Position numbers and translations under genes: made by a program
In this document: in pieces, positions 20,621 through 30,815 of the stretch
Numbering within the stretch: the stretch's first letter is position 1
Layout of the letters: the number at the start of each line of letters is the position of its first letter
From: Candidatus Bathyarchaeota archaeon
GTDB taxonomy: Archaea; Thermoproteota; Bathyarchaeia; 40CM-2-53-6; RBG-13-38-9
Assembly: GCA_963807605.1 (NCBI GenBank)
Contig: CAWECG010000003.1
Coordinates: 576,001 to 640,000, forward strand
DNA: 64,000 nucleotides
Direction of reading: 5' to 3'
The notes under the pieces: generated by a model
What the model was told of the DNA's origin: nothing
Database searches by the model: none
The model's input: only the letters and a program-made list of their open reading frames with translations

Positions 20621-22174
20621 TCTTAGGTTTTGATTGAGTGACCTTGTGACCTTTCGCATCTTCTCAACCCTTCTCTTGCTGGCGTACAAGTAGGCGATGT
20701 CGAAAGTGTCCTTTGCAGCCAAGATAACGGCCCTTCCCGCTGCCTTCCGCCCTGTTCTTCCACGCCTCTGTATGTGTCGTATCTCGCTTGGAACAGGTTC
20801 GTAAAATATCACGAGGTCAACGCTGGGTATGTCCAGCCCCTCTTCGGCGACACAGGTCGCAACTAGGATCTTGGTCCCTCCGGATTCGAAGTCTCTGAGC
20901 ATGTTCGATTGTTCATCTTGGGTGAGACCGACATCCTCGTATTTCGTGGCCTGGCCGACAAACCTCTCGACCCCTACGACCAGATCATTCCTCAATCGCC
21001 TAACCAAGTTTGTGGCTGTGTCTCTGTATTGTGTAAAAACAATTACTCTTGAACTAGGGTTTCTGCGCAGCTGGTCTTGGATCTCGTCAACCAGTAACTT
21101 GACTTTGGGATGGGGAATTTTTCTAAATCGTTTAAGATTGCTCTTGAAGTCTATGTACTGCGGGTTGTTGATTATGGTCCTGTAGCTTCTCTTGGAATGG
21201 TCAGCAGATTCGATCTTCTCCAGAAAGGTTGCCAGTGTATCGATTCCCTGAGTTTCCAATAGCTCCAGCGCATGAAATAGGGTAAGTGCAGATGATTGAG
21301 CCACAATGGCACTGTAGATGGGGCCTTTTTCAGAAGGGGTACCCCGCTCAATCTTGTCCCTTAAGGAATGACCAATCTCCAAGAGGTCTCTTCGTGTTGC
21401 GCGGTCTATGCTCTTCTGCAGATGGCCCATCCTTCTAAGCCAACTCAACCTCTCATCGAGGAGTTGCCTGATGTTCTGTCTTAGTATCCGGTATTCCTGA
21501 GGTAGGTCGACGTATCTCCATTCAACCTGGACCGGCTTGATGTAGGGTATGACGTCAATGTCCTCTTCGGATCTATACTCGATCTGTTCAACGAATAGGG
21601 CTCTGCAGACCTCTTCGACGCGTTCTTTGTCCGCGCCTGGGCTGGCGGTCGTTCCGAGGATTATCGGCCAGGGCGATCGTTCCAGGTACTTCTTCGCAAC
21701 GTAAGTGTATGCGTAATCCTTTGTGGCCCGATGGCATTCGTCAAAAACCATCAAGCTGAACTCTTTCACATCAATATAGTTCCGCATGAGGTCGTTTCTT
21801 ACAACTTGGGGCGTTGCAAATATGATTCGGGACTTGCCTTTCCAGATGACCTCTCTTTCCATGTTGCTGGTTTTACCTGTCAGGGCAACAGCTTCGTCTT
21901 CTGGTATCTTAAGAATCTCTAGGAAGGATTCTCGGTGTTGCAGGACCAAAGGTCTCGTAGGCGCCATCAGGAGGATGCGTGTCTGTTTGTAGTTATAGAG
22001 GAAATGAGCAGCCACAAGAGCTGTTATGACAGTCTTCCCGAGGGCTGTTGGCAGAACTACGAGGGTATTCCTCAGAGATGCCCTGGCAGCGATGTTTTCT
22101 TGGTAGAGCCTGCGCTCTGTATGTTCCAATCTTACAAGTAGTCTTCCGTCATCTCCATCAGTTTTTGAATCCAA
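20591..22174 (-). CDS. Hef/FANCM-like SF2 helicase lacking an ERCC4 domain
   Basis: PTALGKT, DECH, TAS, EEGLDI, QRRGRTGR. Confidence 0.92.
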   Translation of the reverse strand: MDSKTDGDDGRLLVRLEHTERRLYQENIAARASLRNTLVVLPTALGKTVITALVAAHFLYNYKQTRILLMAPTRPLVLQHRESFLEILKIPEDEAVALTGKTSNMEREVIWKGKSRIIFATPQVVRNDLMRNYIDVKEFSLMVFDECHRATKDYAYTYVAKKYLERSPWPIILGTTASPGADKERVEEVCRALFVEQIEYRSEEDIDVIPYIKPVQVEWRYVDLPQEYRILRQNIRQLLDERLSWLRRMGHLQKSIDRATRRDLLEIGHSLRDKIERGTPSEKGPIYSAIVAQSSALTLFHALELLETQGIDTLATFLEKIESADHSKRSYRTIINNPQYIDFKSNLKRFRKIPHPKVKLLVDEIQDQLRRNPSSRVIVFTQYRDTATNLVRRLRNDLVVGVERFVGQATKYEDVGLTQDEQSNMLRDFESGGTKILVATCVAEEGLDIPSVDLVIFYEPVPSEIRHIQRRGRTGRKAAGRAVILAAKDTFDIAYLYASKRRVEKMRKVTRSLNQNLRTANSSRVEA

Positions 22175-22428
22175 ATTCAGATCAGCATAACAGAAACTCG
22201 TTAAAGTGCTGCAAACGCAATGTTGAGATGGGATTCATCCCATTCGTTTTTACTAAGCCAATCCGCAACCAGGGTCTCTTGCGTGAAAGAGTTCTAGAGT
22301 AGATGACTGTTTATCTCTCGATCAAATCCTCTTGACTGATTCCCATTGACGCTCTTCCTCTCGACTCTGCAAGTGAGATTCGTCAACTACACCACGAGTC
22401 TAACAGATAGGGGTCTGTGAGGTGACTA

Positions 22429-23613
22429 CTAATAGGGCAGTAATTTTTGTATGTAGTCCGCATACTCTTTGAATTTCTCTAGGGAGAATTCGACGTGAAT
22501 CAGGTGATCTGCACCTGGAATGTAACCTCCCATCTCTTTCAGTATCGGAAGTTTGGAATCCACTTCCTTCCTCATGGCTTCACCTCCCTTGGCGAGTTCC
22601 CTCTTGTCCAAGTTGCCGATGAGGAAGAGCTTGTTACCATACTTCTTTTTGATCTCAATGGCATTCATATTGCAGTTAACTTCTAATGGCCATAATCCTG
22701 TTATTCCTGATTCAATCAGCAAGTCCAGCATAGGATTGATGTTACCGTCGCTGTCCACCATTATCCTGTCGATCTTATTCTTCTTCAGAAAGCCGGTTAG
22801 ATTCTTGTAGTGTGGAAGGCAGTATTGTCTGAAGAGTTTCGGGGACATGTTTGGGCCGTGTTTCTCAGCCATGTCCTCCCACCAAAATACCATGTCGATA
22901 CGATCCTTGAGTGTCTCCACGGCTTCCCGTACAGTCTCCCTTATGTAATATTCCCAGTGTTCTGCCATGTCATTTATCAATTCTGGATCTTTGTATAGCG
23001 CGATGTTGAAAGGAGCTATTCCCATCAGTTCTGCTCCAAAACCGTAGAAGCCGTTGAACCGCATCATGGTTATTCCTTGTTGGTAGTTTTCAAATTGAGA
23101 GAGGTAATCGTCTTTGTGCCAGTCCTTGGGGTATCTCCTTGGATCTTTAGGATTCAGCAGTTTCTTGTACTCTCCCCAAGTCTCTTGATCCTTGACGGGA
23201 AACTCTGTGAACATAGGCATGCTGTACCATGTTCGTCCTTCACTCTTGATACGCTTCGCGATTGCGCCGGTTTCTGTCCGCATCGTGACGTATCGATCGT
23301 CTTCTCCTATGATCTTCTGTTTGAATCGAGGTAACGGTCCTACATCAAGCGGGACCACGCACCCGTAGTAGCTCTGACAACCAAAGTATGAATAGGCATC
23401 GAATCCTTTGACGGCTGGCCAATTGTATAGGTTTGTACCGCCTCTTCCCATTTCCCACTCTATTGCGATGACCTTGTCCGTTGGAAGCCCTTGTCTGAAC
23501 CAAGCCATGATTGTCTCATCGAACATGCTCTCAAGCCATGGGAGAACGTCGGGCTTGCGGTGGTTTAGTACCGCGTTGATTCTTCCTCGAGGCGTCATTA
23601 GCCAGTCACCCAC
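22429..23613 (-). CDS. Uroporphyrinogen decarboxylase/MtaA-like methyltransferase family protein
   Basis: WEDMA, MSPKLFR, DSDGN, GNLDK, GGYIPGADH; downstream of a corrinoid protein. Confidence 0.85.
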   Translation of the reverse strand: MGDWLMTPRGRINAVLNHRKPDVLPWLESMFDETIMAWFRQGLPTDKVIAIEWEMGRGGTNLYNWPAVKGFDAYSYFGCQSYYGCVVPLDVGPLPRFKQKIIGEDDRYVTMRTETGAIAKRIKSEGRTWYSMPMFTEFPVKDQETWGEYKKLLNPKDPRRYPKDWHKDDYLSQFENYQQGITMMRFNGFYGFGAELMGIAPFNIALYKDPELINDMAEHWEYYIRETVREAVETLKDRIDMVFWWEDMAEKHGPNMSPKLFRQYCLPHYKNLTGFLKKNKIDRIMVDSDGNINPMLDLLIESGITGLWPLEVNCNMNAIEIKKKYGNKLFLIGNLDKRELAKGGEAMRKEVDSKLPILKEMGGYIPGADHLIHVEFSLEKFKEYADYIQKLLPY

Positions 23614-24242
23614 TTCTTGCAGATCTCTAAACCCTCGATAGCATCTAGAGCGGCGGCGTCCACGCCGACTTCTTGTGCAAACTGCTTGGTGACAGCATTG
23701 CCTCCTATGATGACCTTCACCTTGTCTCTTATACCAGTCTCCTTCAATCCATCAAGCACAATCTGGACCTCTGGCAGGGTTGAGGTCAGGAGTGTGGACA
23801 TGCCCACTATGTCAGCACTGATCTTCTTTGTCTCTTCGACGAATGTCTTCGGGTCTACATCGACGCCGAGATCATGAACCTTGAATCCTGAGAACTGGGC
23901 CATCATGCCAAAAATATTCTTTCCAATATCATGCATATCGCCTCTTACAGTGCCCAGCAAGATAGTCCCTTTCTGCACGAGTTCATTGCTCTTCATATGT
24001 GGTCCTAGTACGCCGAATAGGTTGGTCATGATCTCTCCAGCGTAGAGAAGTTCAGATAGGAAATATTCTCCCTTCTCATATCTGGCCCCTACTTCATCCA
24101 ATCCCTTTTTGAGGCCTTTCTCAATGATTTCTGCAGCAGGGCATCCTTGCTTGAGCGCTTTTTCAACTTGTTTTCTGATCTCGTTTATTCCTTCGAGATC
24201 CGAGATAGATTTTGAGATTTCTTCGAGAGTAGAGTTAGTCAT
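23598..24242 (-). CDS. Corrinoid (B12-binding) methyltransferase protein
   Basis: GDMHDIGKN, DLGVDV, STLL. Confidence 0.92.
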   Translation of the reverse strand: MTNSTLEEISKSISDLEGINEIRKQVEKALKQGCPAAEIIEKGLKKGLDEVGARYEKGEYFLSELLYAGEIMTNLFGVLGPHMKSNELVQKGTILLGTVRGDMHDIGKNIFGMMAQFSGFKVHDLGVDVDPKTFVEETKKISADIVGMSTLLTSTLPEVQIVLDGLKETGIRDKVKVIIGGNAVTKQFAQEVGVDAAALDAIEGLEICKKWVTG

Positions 24243-24385
24243 TTGCTTGTCCCAACCGTTGGTTTCAAATTGACTTTGATAAGCCTTTCTCGCATGTGCC
24301 TTCATTCAGCTTCGAAGTCCGATTATCTGATCAGCAACATCGGATTGACTTGTCTGAATTTCTCTCTCGATTCTTTATAGTTGGA

Positions 24386-25048
24386 TTATGTTATGCGAAA
24401 TCTGGCTAAGCTCACCTGTACCTTATCATTTAGCTCGATCCTCGCGTATCCCCCATTGTAGGCTGGGCCTGGGTTGACTAAGATAGTGTCTGCAATTCTA
24501 TCGATTCCCTGTGCCTCGTGGATGTGCCCGCAAACGACCAGTATGGGTTCTTTAGTTTCGATGAATCTTCTTACAGAGTAACTTCCTGCGTGAATTCCTG
24601 ATCTTGTCAGGTCAAGCTTGGTATTTTTCGGCGGAGAATGTGTCAGCAGTATGAGCCCTCCTTCTCGACATGTTCGAATGGCTTGGTTCAAGAGATGTTC
24701 CGCCTCTTCTTCCGTAAACTCGAATGGAGTATTGAAGGGGGTGTTTATGGAGCCACCCAGGCCGACTAGGGCGTATTCGCCGCAGCCTATGCAACGGCCG
24801 TGAAGGTTCTTGAGACCGTTTCCAGTCCAGCTGGAGAGTCGGGGCGAATCCATATTTCCGGGCACGAAGTAGACAGGCGCCTTTGATTTGCCTAGGATCT
24901 CTAGAAGCCTCAGCGCCTCGCGGAGATCACCATGCGAAATGTCGCCTACCACAAATACTGCATCGGTAGATTCAGCTGCTATTGTCTCGGCGGCGGCTAA
25001 AGCTGCACTTTCACTTCTATGGAGATCTGTTAGAGCGACTATCCTCAA
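24386..25048 (-). CDS. Calcineurin-like metallophosphoesterase
   Basis: DLH, GD, GNMD, HSPP, GHIHE, NPG. Confidence 0.9.
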   Translation of the reverse strand: MRIVALTDLHRSESAALAAAETIAAESTDAVFVVGDISHGDLREALRLLEILGKSKAPVYFVPGNMDSPRLSSWTGNGLKNLHGRCIGCGEYALVGLGGSINTPFNTPFEFTEEEAEHLLNQAIRTCREGGLILLTHSPPKNTKLDLTRSGIHAGSYSVRRFIETKEPILVVCGHIHEAQGIDRIADTILVNPGPAYNGGYARIELNDKVQVSLARFRIT

Positions 25049-25145
25049 AGTTCTCTCCCGGGTGTCTTCGTCTTAAGCTGTAAATTCTCACCTACGGGTT
25101 CTTCATAAATCCGTTCAGCCATAGAATGTTGAAGGCAATGGAAGT

Positions 25146-25964
25146 ATGACATTGATTGGTATCTTATCCGACTTTGGATTAAGAGATTCTTATGTGGCGC
25201 AGATGAAAGCTGCGATCCTTACCATCTGCCCATCGGCGACAATCGTCGACATAAGTCATGAGGTTGAGAAATACAATATTCAACAAGGTATGTTTGTGTT
25301 GGCCTCCGCGGTTCCTTGCTTTCCAGCGGGGGCCATTTTCCTCGCAATAGTAGACCCCGGGGTAGGCGGGGCAAGAAGACCTCTGCTTTTCGAGACTCAA
25401 AAGAGCGAGCTAGTTGGCCCAGACAACGGTTTGCTTGCTCTTGCAGCGGAGAAGGAAGGGATCGTCAATGTCTACCATCTCACTAAATCTCAGTATTTTG
25501 CGGATAATATCTCATCGACCTTTCAAGGCAGAGATATCTTTGCGCATGTGGCAGGTCATCTTGCTAACGGTGTTTCACCATCCATGATGGGCCCCCAAAT
25601 TCATGACTATGTTCGATCTGGCTTCTCTTCACCGAAAATTAGAAAAAGTGAAATCCAAGGTGTGGTCGTTCACGTAGACAGTTTTGGAAATATTGTGACC
25701 AACATAGATGCCCGGCTTATGGAGCGTCAAAAAATGGCGTTCGGAAGCAGAATCAGACTAAGAATTGGAATTGGTGCAAGAGAGATCACTTACTGCAAGA
25801 CATACTCTGATGCTGGTCTAGGCGAGTTGTTGGCAACGATCGGTGGCCATGGTTTTCTTGAGTTAGCTGTGAATAAGGGTAGTGCCGCGCGACTGATTGC
25901 ATTGGATGTTGGAGATGCGATAATCATTCAGAGTGGGGGTTGTCAGTCCGCGAGAGCATCCTGA
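25146..25964 (+). CDS. SAM hydrolase (DUF62, chlorinase/fluorinase family)
   Basis: SDFG, VDPGVG, GPDNG, TFQGRDIF, DSFGN. Confidence 0.93.
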   Translation: MTLIGILSDFGLRDSYVAQMKAAILTICPSATIVDISHEVEKYNIQQGMFVLASAVPCFPAGAIFLAIVDPGVGGARRPLLFETQKSELVGPDNGLLALAAEKEGIVNVYHLTKSQYFADNISSTFQGRDIFAHVAGHLANGVSPSMMGPQIHDYVRSGFSSPKIRKSEIQGVVVHVDSFGNIVTNIDARLMERQKMAFGSRIRLRIGIGAREITYCKTYSDAGLGELLATIGGHGFLELAVNKGSAARLIALDVGDAIIIQSGGCQSARAS

Positions 25965-26457
25965 TCCTCTCTACACCATCTATAGAGTCTATGATCTTGC
26001 TTACGCTATCGGGAACTAATTCTTTCCAATTCTGGTTCATCAGGACTCTCCTTCTTATCTCCGTGGCTGAGTAGACTTCACGATCGAAGAATGGTATTTT
26101 CTCAACTCTGACCCCTGCTTCTTTGAAGAGTTGAGAGGTCAAAGGATCGTTGGAGAACACTAAGTCATATTTGTCGACGTATAACGAGACGTGAGCCACC
26201 CAGATCTTATGTACATTGACATCAGGCACGGCTGTAATCTGCACTCGATCGAGGCTGATCTTGGCTTCCTTCAACGCTTCTCGGATCATCAGGACGCGTT
26301 CCCCAGCTGTAAAGGGATTATTCTGAGTGTGACTGTACTGAGCGCTGCCGATAATTATAACAAGTTGATCTGTTCTCTGCAGGACCATCTCGACGACTTT
26401 AAGATGGCCAAGATGAAACGGCTGGAAACGTCCGACGTAGAGTCCCACGATGCCCAA
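25924..26457 (-). CDS. nadM: Nicotinamide-nucleotide adenylyltransferase
   Basis: GRFQPFHLGH, NPFTAGER, SATEIR. Confidence 0.95.
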   Translation of the reverse strand: MGIVGLYVGRFQPFHLGHLKVVEMVLQRTDQLVIIIGSAQYSHTQNNPFTAGERVLMIREALKEAKISLDRVQITAVPDVNVHKIWVAHVSLYVDKYDLVFSNDPLTSQLFKEAGVRVEKIPFFDREVYSATEIRRRVLMNQNWKELVPDSVSKIIDSIDGVERIRMLSRTDNPHSE

Positions 26458-26487
26458 GCTAAGACCTGCCGAAATGGTTGCTGCGCA

Positions 26488-27117
26488 TCAGAAGTATATA
26501 TTCCCTACCGCACCACTTATCGCTTTCCCCTTTGTATGACTGTGCCTAAAGTCGAACAGATAGTTCGATAACACCTTCTCGTCTTCAAATCTAACGCCTT
26601 CACTTTTCAGAATTCCGCGTTTGAGTTGACGCGCCCCCCTGTCTCCCAAACCTGGTATAGAGTAACCTCCGATCTCAAGGCTTGAGTAGACAATTCTGTG
26701 GCATGGAATCAAGAGAGGGTGCCTGTTCGAAGCTAACACTCTTCCGATGGCGCGATATCCCCTCTCGCATCCCAGAGCATGAGCAAGCCTTGAGTAGGTT
26801 GAGACTGTACCCCTAGGAATTCTAAGAAGCATCTTGTAGACGACCCGTTGGAAATCTGTAGCATAGGTCAGGTTGATCTTCGGAATCCGTTCAACATCTT
26901 CTCCACGGAAGAGCTTCCCAACAACCTCCAGTGCAGGATATCCCATTGAATCGTCGCGCTTAGCTTCAAAAGTCCGAGGGATATATCTGGCGATTTGTCT
27001 TAGAACAGTTTTCCTACTCGGTGAGAAGGTTACGGCAAATATCTCGCCGCCACGATTCAATACTACAGCAAGCCAGACACTACCGATTTCGCGCATTGAG
27101 AAGGTAATCAAATTCAT
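26488..27117 (-). CDS. ogt: Methylated-DNA-protein-cysteine methyltransferase
   Basis: IPRG..STY, PCHR active site. Confidence 0.9.
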   Translation of the reverse strand: MNLITFSMREIGSVWLAVVLNRGGEIFAVTFSPSRKTVLRQIARYIPRTFEAKRDDSMGYPALEVVGKLFRGEDVERIPKINLTYATDFQRVVYKMLLRIPRGTVSTYSRLAHALGCERGYRAIGRVLASNRHPLLIPCHRIVYSSLEIGGYSIPGLGDRGARQLKRGILKSEGVRFEDEKVLSNYLFDFRHSHTKGKAISGAVGNIYF

Positions 27118-27246
27118 GTACTTTGATACCTCTTGTCATCGAATTTTTCTTTTCTTCCTTTGTCTCAAAAGGTCATCAATATGTTACTCGAATGGCCTTC
27201 ACCCTAATGCTTAGTCTTTTCTATCTGTTATGTAATAGTCTCTATC

Positions 27247-27600
27247 ATGTTTTTTGACGTTACCATCTTCAAGCCAGATGCACGAAAGATATTTGATGCT
27301 GTTGTTCAAGGTTCCTTTGACGAGGCCCGTCATGCCCTAGGAGAATTATTTCCGAAGTATAGTGAGGTTGGAGGTGTTGCGTTTCTCGGGTATACGGAGA
27401 TAGTGAAGGCGTGGATTCATTGTTGTGAAAGAAACGCTGTTCCTCTGAAAGAACTTGATCAACTGAAGCTTATCAAACAATGCTTTGCTCTACCGGAGAA
27501 GACGCTTGAAAAAGAGATCAACGATTTTACCATTAGTGAAGATATAGCGATTCAACATCTACGTGAATTCATCTCTGATTATGAATCTACGAGGGCGTAA
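27247..27600 (+). CDS. Hypothetical protein
   Basis: 117-aa ORF filling the gap; no motif. Confidence 0.5.
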   Translation: MFFDVTIFKPDARKIFDAVVQGSFDEARHALGELFPKYSEVGGVAFLGYTEIVKAWIHCCERNAVPLKELDQLKLIKQCFALPEKTLEKEINDFTISEDIAIQHLREFISDYESTRA

Positions 27601-27691
27601 TGGTTTCAAAGACAACATATTGGCATCACATATTCTAGAAAGCCTTGTCGGACCTGTTGGGACAGTCAAAAATCTCGGAGGAAGAATACTC

Positions 27692-28825
27692 TTGATCGAG
27701 ATTCAAGGCGACATGCTTGAGGGCGGCGGCCAAATCCTCAGACTCTCCACAGCCATCTCAGCCGTAGCGAAGAAGCCGATAAGAATCGTCAACGTCAGGG
27801 CCAAGCGATCTCCTTCGGGATTAAGGGCACAACATCTGAACGCGGTGAAAGCGATAGGCCTCCTGACTGCAGCCAAGATTGAAGGCTTGAATATAGGATC
27901 ACACCAAATTACTTTTGAACCGGGCCCTACTCTGGGTGGAAGATTTGGGGTGGATGTTGGAACAGCAGGCTCAACAAGTCTTGTACTCCAAGCTCTGATG
28001 CCTGTAATGGCCTTTTCTCCAGAAAAGGTCTCCATGGAGATAACGGGTGGAACAAACAACCCGAAGGCTCCAGCCATAGAGTATCTCCAGAACATCCTTC
28101 TGCCGACTATAGGCAGGATGGGGTATCATGGTTCTATTGAGCTTGTGAGGCGGGGATTCTATCCGCGGGGGCAAGGGCTGGTGAGAGCCCACTCCGATTC
28201 GATAGAAGGCTTGCACCCAATCACGCTCACGGAATTCGGAAGTGTAACCAGGATATGGGGGGTCTCCTACAGTTGCAGACTCCCTAAACATATCGTCGAG
28301 AGGATGGCCAGGTCCGCACAAAAACGCTTGGCCCAAGAAGGATACGATGCAGCCGTAGAGTTTGATAGCTTGAAGGAGAACGATTCCAGATGCTCAGTCG
28401 ACCCGGGCTGCGGACTCATTCTCTTCGCCTCACTCTCTTCTGGGGGTCGACTCGGCGGTGATGCTTTGGGGCGACTAGGCAAACCCGCAGAGAAAGTGGG
28501 CGAAGAAGCTGCCTCAAGTCTCCTAGATAGTATTAGGAGGCTGGCACCTGTTGACAAGCATCTTGGCGATCAGTTAATCATCTACGCAAGCTTGGCAGAC
28601 GGGAAATCCAGGATCAGAATCTCTGAACTTACACTCCACACTCTTACCTGCATAGAGGTCTGCAAAATCCTTCTTGGCATAGGTTTTGATGTTGAAGGTA
28701 AACTCGGAGAAACAGCCGAGATATCATGCAACGGCTCCGGTCCAGCTGGCAATTCATGTGTCAACTATCGCGCTTCTGGTACATCCGCTTCCTCCATAGC
28801 ACCTCGCCGGTCTTCATATTCATGA
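27692..28825 (+). CDS. rtcA: RNA 3'-terminal phosphate cyclase
   Basis: EGGGQILR, GLRAQH, RGFYPRG, DKHLGDQL, TLH. Confidence 0.95.
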   Translation: MIEIQGDMLEGGGQILRLSTAISAVAKKPIRIVNVRAKRSPSGLRAQHLNAVKAIGLLTAAKIEGLNIGSHQITFEPGPTLGGRFGVDVGTAGSTSLVLQALMPVMAFSPEKVSMEITGGTNNPKAPAIEYLQNILLPTIGRMGYHGSIELVRRGFYPRGQGLVRAHSDSIEGLHPITLTEFGSVTRIWGVSYSCRLPKHIVERMARSAQKRLAQEGYDAAVEFDSLKENDSRCSVDPGCGLILFASLSSGGRLGGDALGRLGKPAEKVGEEAASSLLDSIRRLAPVDKHLGDQLIIYASLADGKSRIRISELTLHTLTCIEVCKILLGIGFDVEGKLGETAEISCNGSGPAGNSCVNYRASGTSASSIAPRRSSYS

Positions 28826-29024
28826 GCATGGTTACTCTGTGCATTGGAATTATGATGTCCTGACCCTGTTCCTCATAGGTGAACCACGACTTGCCAACCT
28901 GCTTGACCATTGCAGCAGGTATAGTCTTCTCATCGGACGGTGCTCCTCGGTGGATGTAGGTTATCACATAGTCCATCTTGGACACACGAGAGTCCCAGAG
29001 AATCCTGTTGAAGATGTTCTTCAG
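28761..29024 (-). CDS. DUF504/MJ1316-like RNA repair-associated protein (start uncertain)
   Basis: LKNIFNRILWD, YIHRG, IPMHRV, WRK. Confidence 0.8.
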   Translation of the reverse strand: MKNIFNRILWDSRVSKMDYVITYIHRGAPSDEKTIPAAMVKQVGKSWFTYEEQGQDIIIPMHRVTMLMNMKTGEVLWRKRMYQKRDS

Positions 29025-29121
29025 AGGTAGGACGGGTTGAACCTCCTTTTTTCACGCCACATCATCAAACTTAAATGGTCGACCTAATAAGATGAATCGC
29101 ACTCTTCGCTGGTGCCAATCT

Positions 29122-29730
29122 ATGTCACAGACTATTCCTTACATCCCGGGGGCTACAACCATAGGGGTTGTCTATCGAGATGGCGTTATCCTCGCTTCTG
29201 AGAGAAGGGTCTCCTACGGATACTTTGTAATGAGCAAGACCGCCAAGAAGGTCTTCAAGATAACTGATACCATTGGTGCAGCCTTCGCTGGACTCGTTTC
29301 GGATATGCAAGTCCTGTCCAAAGAGACAGCAGCATACGCGAATATCTACACCTACGAGAAAGACCGACCGATCTCTGTGAGAGCTACTGCGAAATTGATG
29401 GGGAACTTGCTCTTCCAAAGGAGGATGCTGCCCTACATTACACAGACGATTGTCGCAGGGATCGATGAGGATGGCCCCACGCTCTATGTTCTCGACTTGC
29501 TTGGCTCAGTCATGCAGGACAAGTACGCTGTCGTTGGAAGCGGAACCGAGATCGCCATCGGTGTCATAGAGGAAGAGTACAAAGATAACATGAGCCTGGA
29601 CGAAGCGAGGGAACTCGTCGCAAGAGCTGTAAGAGCCGCGCTTGCAAGAGACTCCGGAAGCGGAGACGGCGTAGACCTTCTCATAATCACGAAGGCAGGA
29701 ACCAAAGAAGACACACTGAAGCTGACATAA
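29122..29730 (+). CDS. psmB: Second proteasome beta subunit (Ala at the Thr1 position)
   Basis: PGATTIG, VGSG, RDSGSG. Confidence 0.92.
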   Translation: MSQTIPYIPGATTIGVVYRDGVILASERRVSYGYFVMSKTAKKVFKITDTIGAAFAGLVSDMQVLSKETAAYANIYTYEKDRPISVRATAKLMGNLLFQRRMLPYITQTIVAGIDEDGPTLYVLDLLGSVMQDKYAVVGSGTEIAIGVIEEEYKDNMSLDEARELVARAVRAALARDSGSGDGVDLLIITKAGTKEDTLKLT

Positions 29731-29777
29731 GGCTGCGGTAATTCCTGTATTGAAGACTGTCGAGAACAGAGACTTTA

Positions 29778-30794
29778 ATGCTCCCAGAGATCACTCGCGA
29801 GATGATCGCCCAGTTTCACGCACATCACGACAGTATTGATCCCCGTTTAGTCAACCTTCTAAGAAGGCAAAAGTATCAGCTCGTAGGCAACCACTCAGCC
29901 GTCAAGAAGTGTCGATGGCTACACAAAAGCCTCGTAGAAGGCAAGGCGTGCTATAAGGCGAAGTTTTACGGGATCAAGTCTCATAGATGCCTTCAAATGA
30001 CCCCTTCAGCAGTCTGGTGCACGCAAAGATGCCTCTTCTGTTGGCGCCTACAGAATGGCGAGGCACATCTCTCCTGGAATAAATCTGCCACTCCAGTCTG
30101 GGATTCCCCAGACAAAATAGTGAATCTATCGATAAGCGCACAGAAGACTATCTTGAGCGGCTATAAGGGACAGATCTCATCTGGTAAGGTCAGGTCAGAG
30201 GTCTACGCAGAGGCGCTGCATCCCCGACATGCCGCGATAAGTCTGACTGGAGAGCCTACGATATACCCACATATCGATGGGCTTCTATCTGAGTATCACC
30301 ATGCAGGGCTCACCACCTTCCTGGTAACCAACGGAACAAGGCCCGAGATTCTGAGCAGTCTAGCCGAAGAGCCTACGCAACTCTACGTCTCACTGTCCGC
30401 ACCGAATCCTGAGAAGTATCAGGCAATATGCAGACCTGCCACAAAGAAATCTTGGTCGAAACTCTTGGAGAGTCTGGAGCTTATCAAGAGTTTCAGCTGC
30501 CCCACAGCTGTAAGAATTACTCTCGTTAAAAGCCTCAACCTCGAAGATTACGATGGCTACGCCAGACTGATCTCAAAGGCTGAACCTACATACATCGAAC
30601 CTAAGTCATACATGTACGTGGGCTATTCAAGGCAACGATTAGGGTTTCTGAATATGCCTACGCATCGTGAGATCTACGAATTCTCCTCAAGATTAGCCGA
30701 ATCGACTGGTTACAGCATCATTGACGAATCCGCTGAAAGCAGAGTCGTTTTGTTGAGCCGGCTGCAAAAACCGATAAAGGTATCATCGGACTGA
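29778..30794 (+). CDS. taw1: 4-demethylwyosine synthase Tyw1/Taw1 (radical SAM)
   Basis: HSAVKKC, CYK..FYGI.SHRC, CTQRCLFC, SLTGEP. Confidence 0.95.
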   Translation: MLPEITREMIAQFHAHHDSIDPRLVNLLRRQKYQLVGNHSAVKKCRWLHKSLVEGKACYKAKFYGIKSHRCLQMTPSAVWCTQRCLFCWRLQNGEAHLSWNKSATPVWDSPDKIVNLSISAQKTILSGYKGQISSGKVRSEVYAEALHPRHAAISLTGEPTIYPHIDGLLSEYHHAGLTTFLVTNGTRPEILSSLAEEPTQLYVSLSAPNPEKYQAICRPATKKSWSKLLESLELIKSFSCPTAVRITLVKSLNLEDYDGYARLISKAEPTYIEPKSYMYVGYSRQRLGFLNMPTHREIYEFSSRLAESTGYSIIDESAESRVVLLSRLQKPIKVSSD

Positions 30795-30815
30795 ATATTT
30801 GACAAAGGTGATCTG

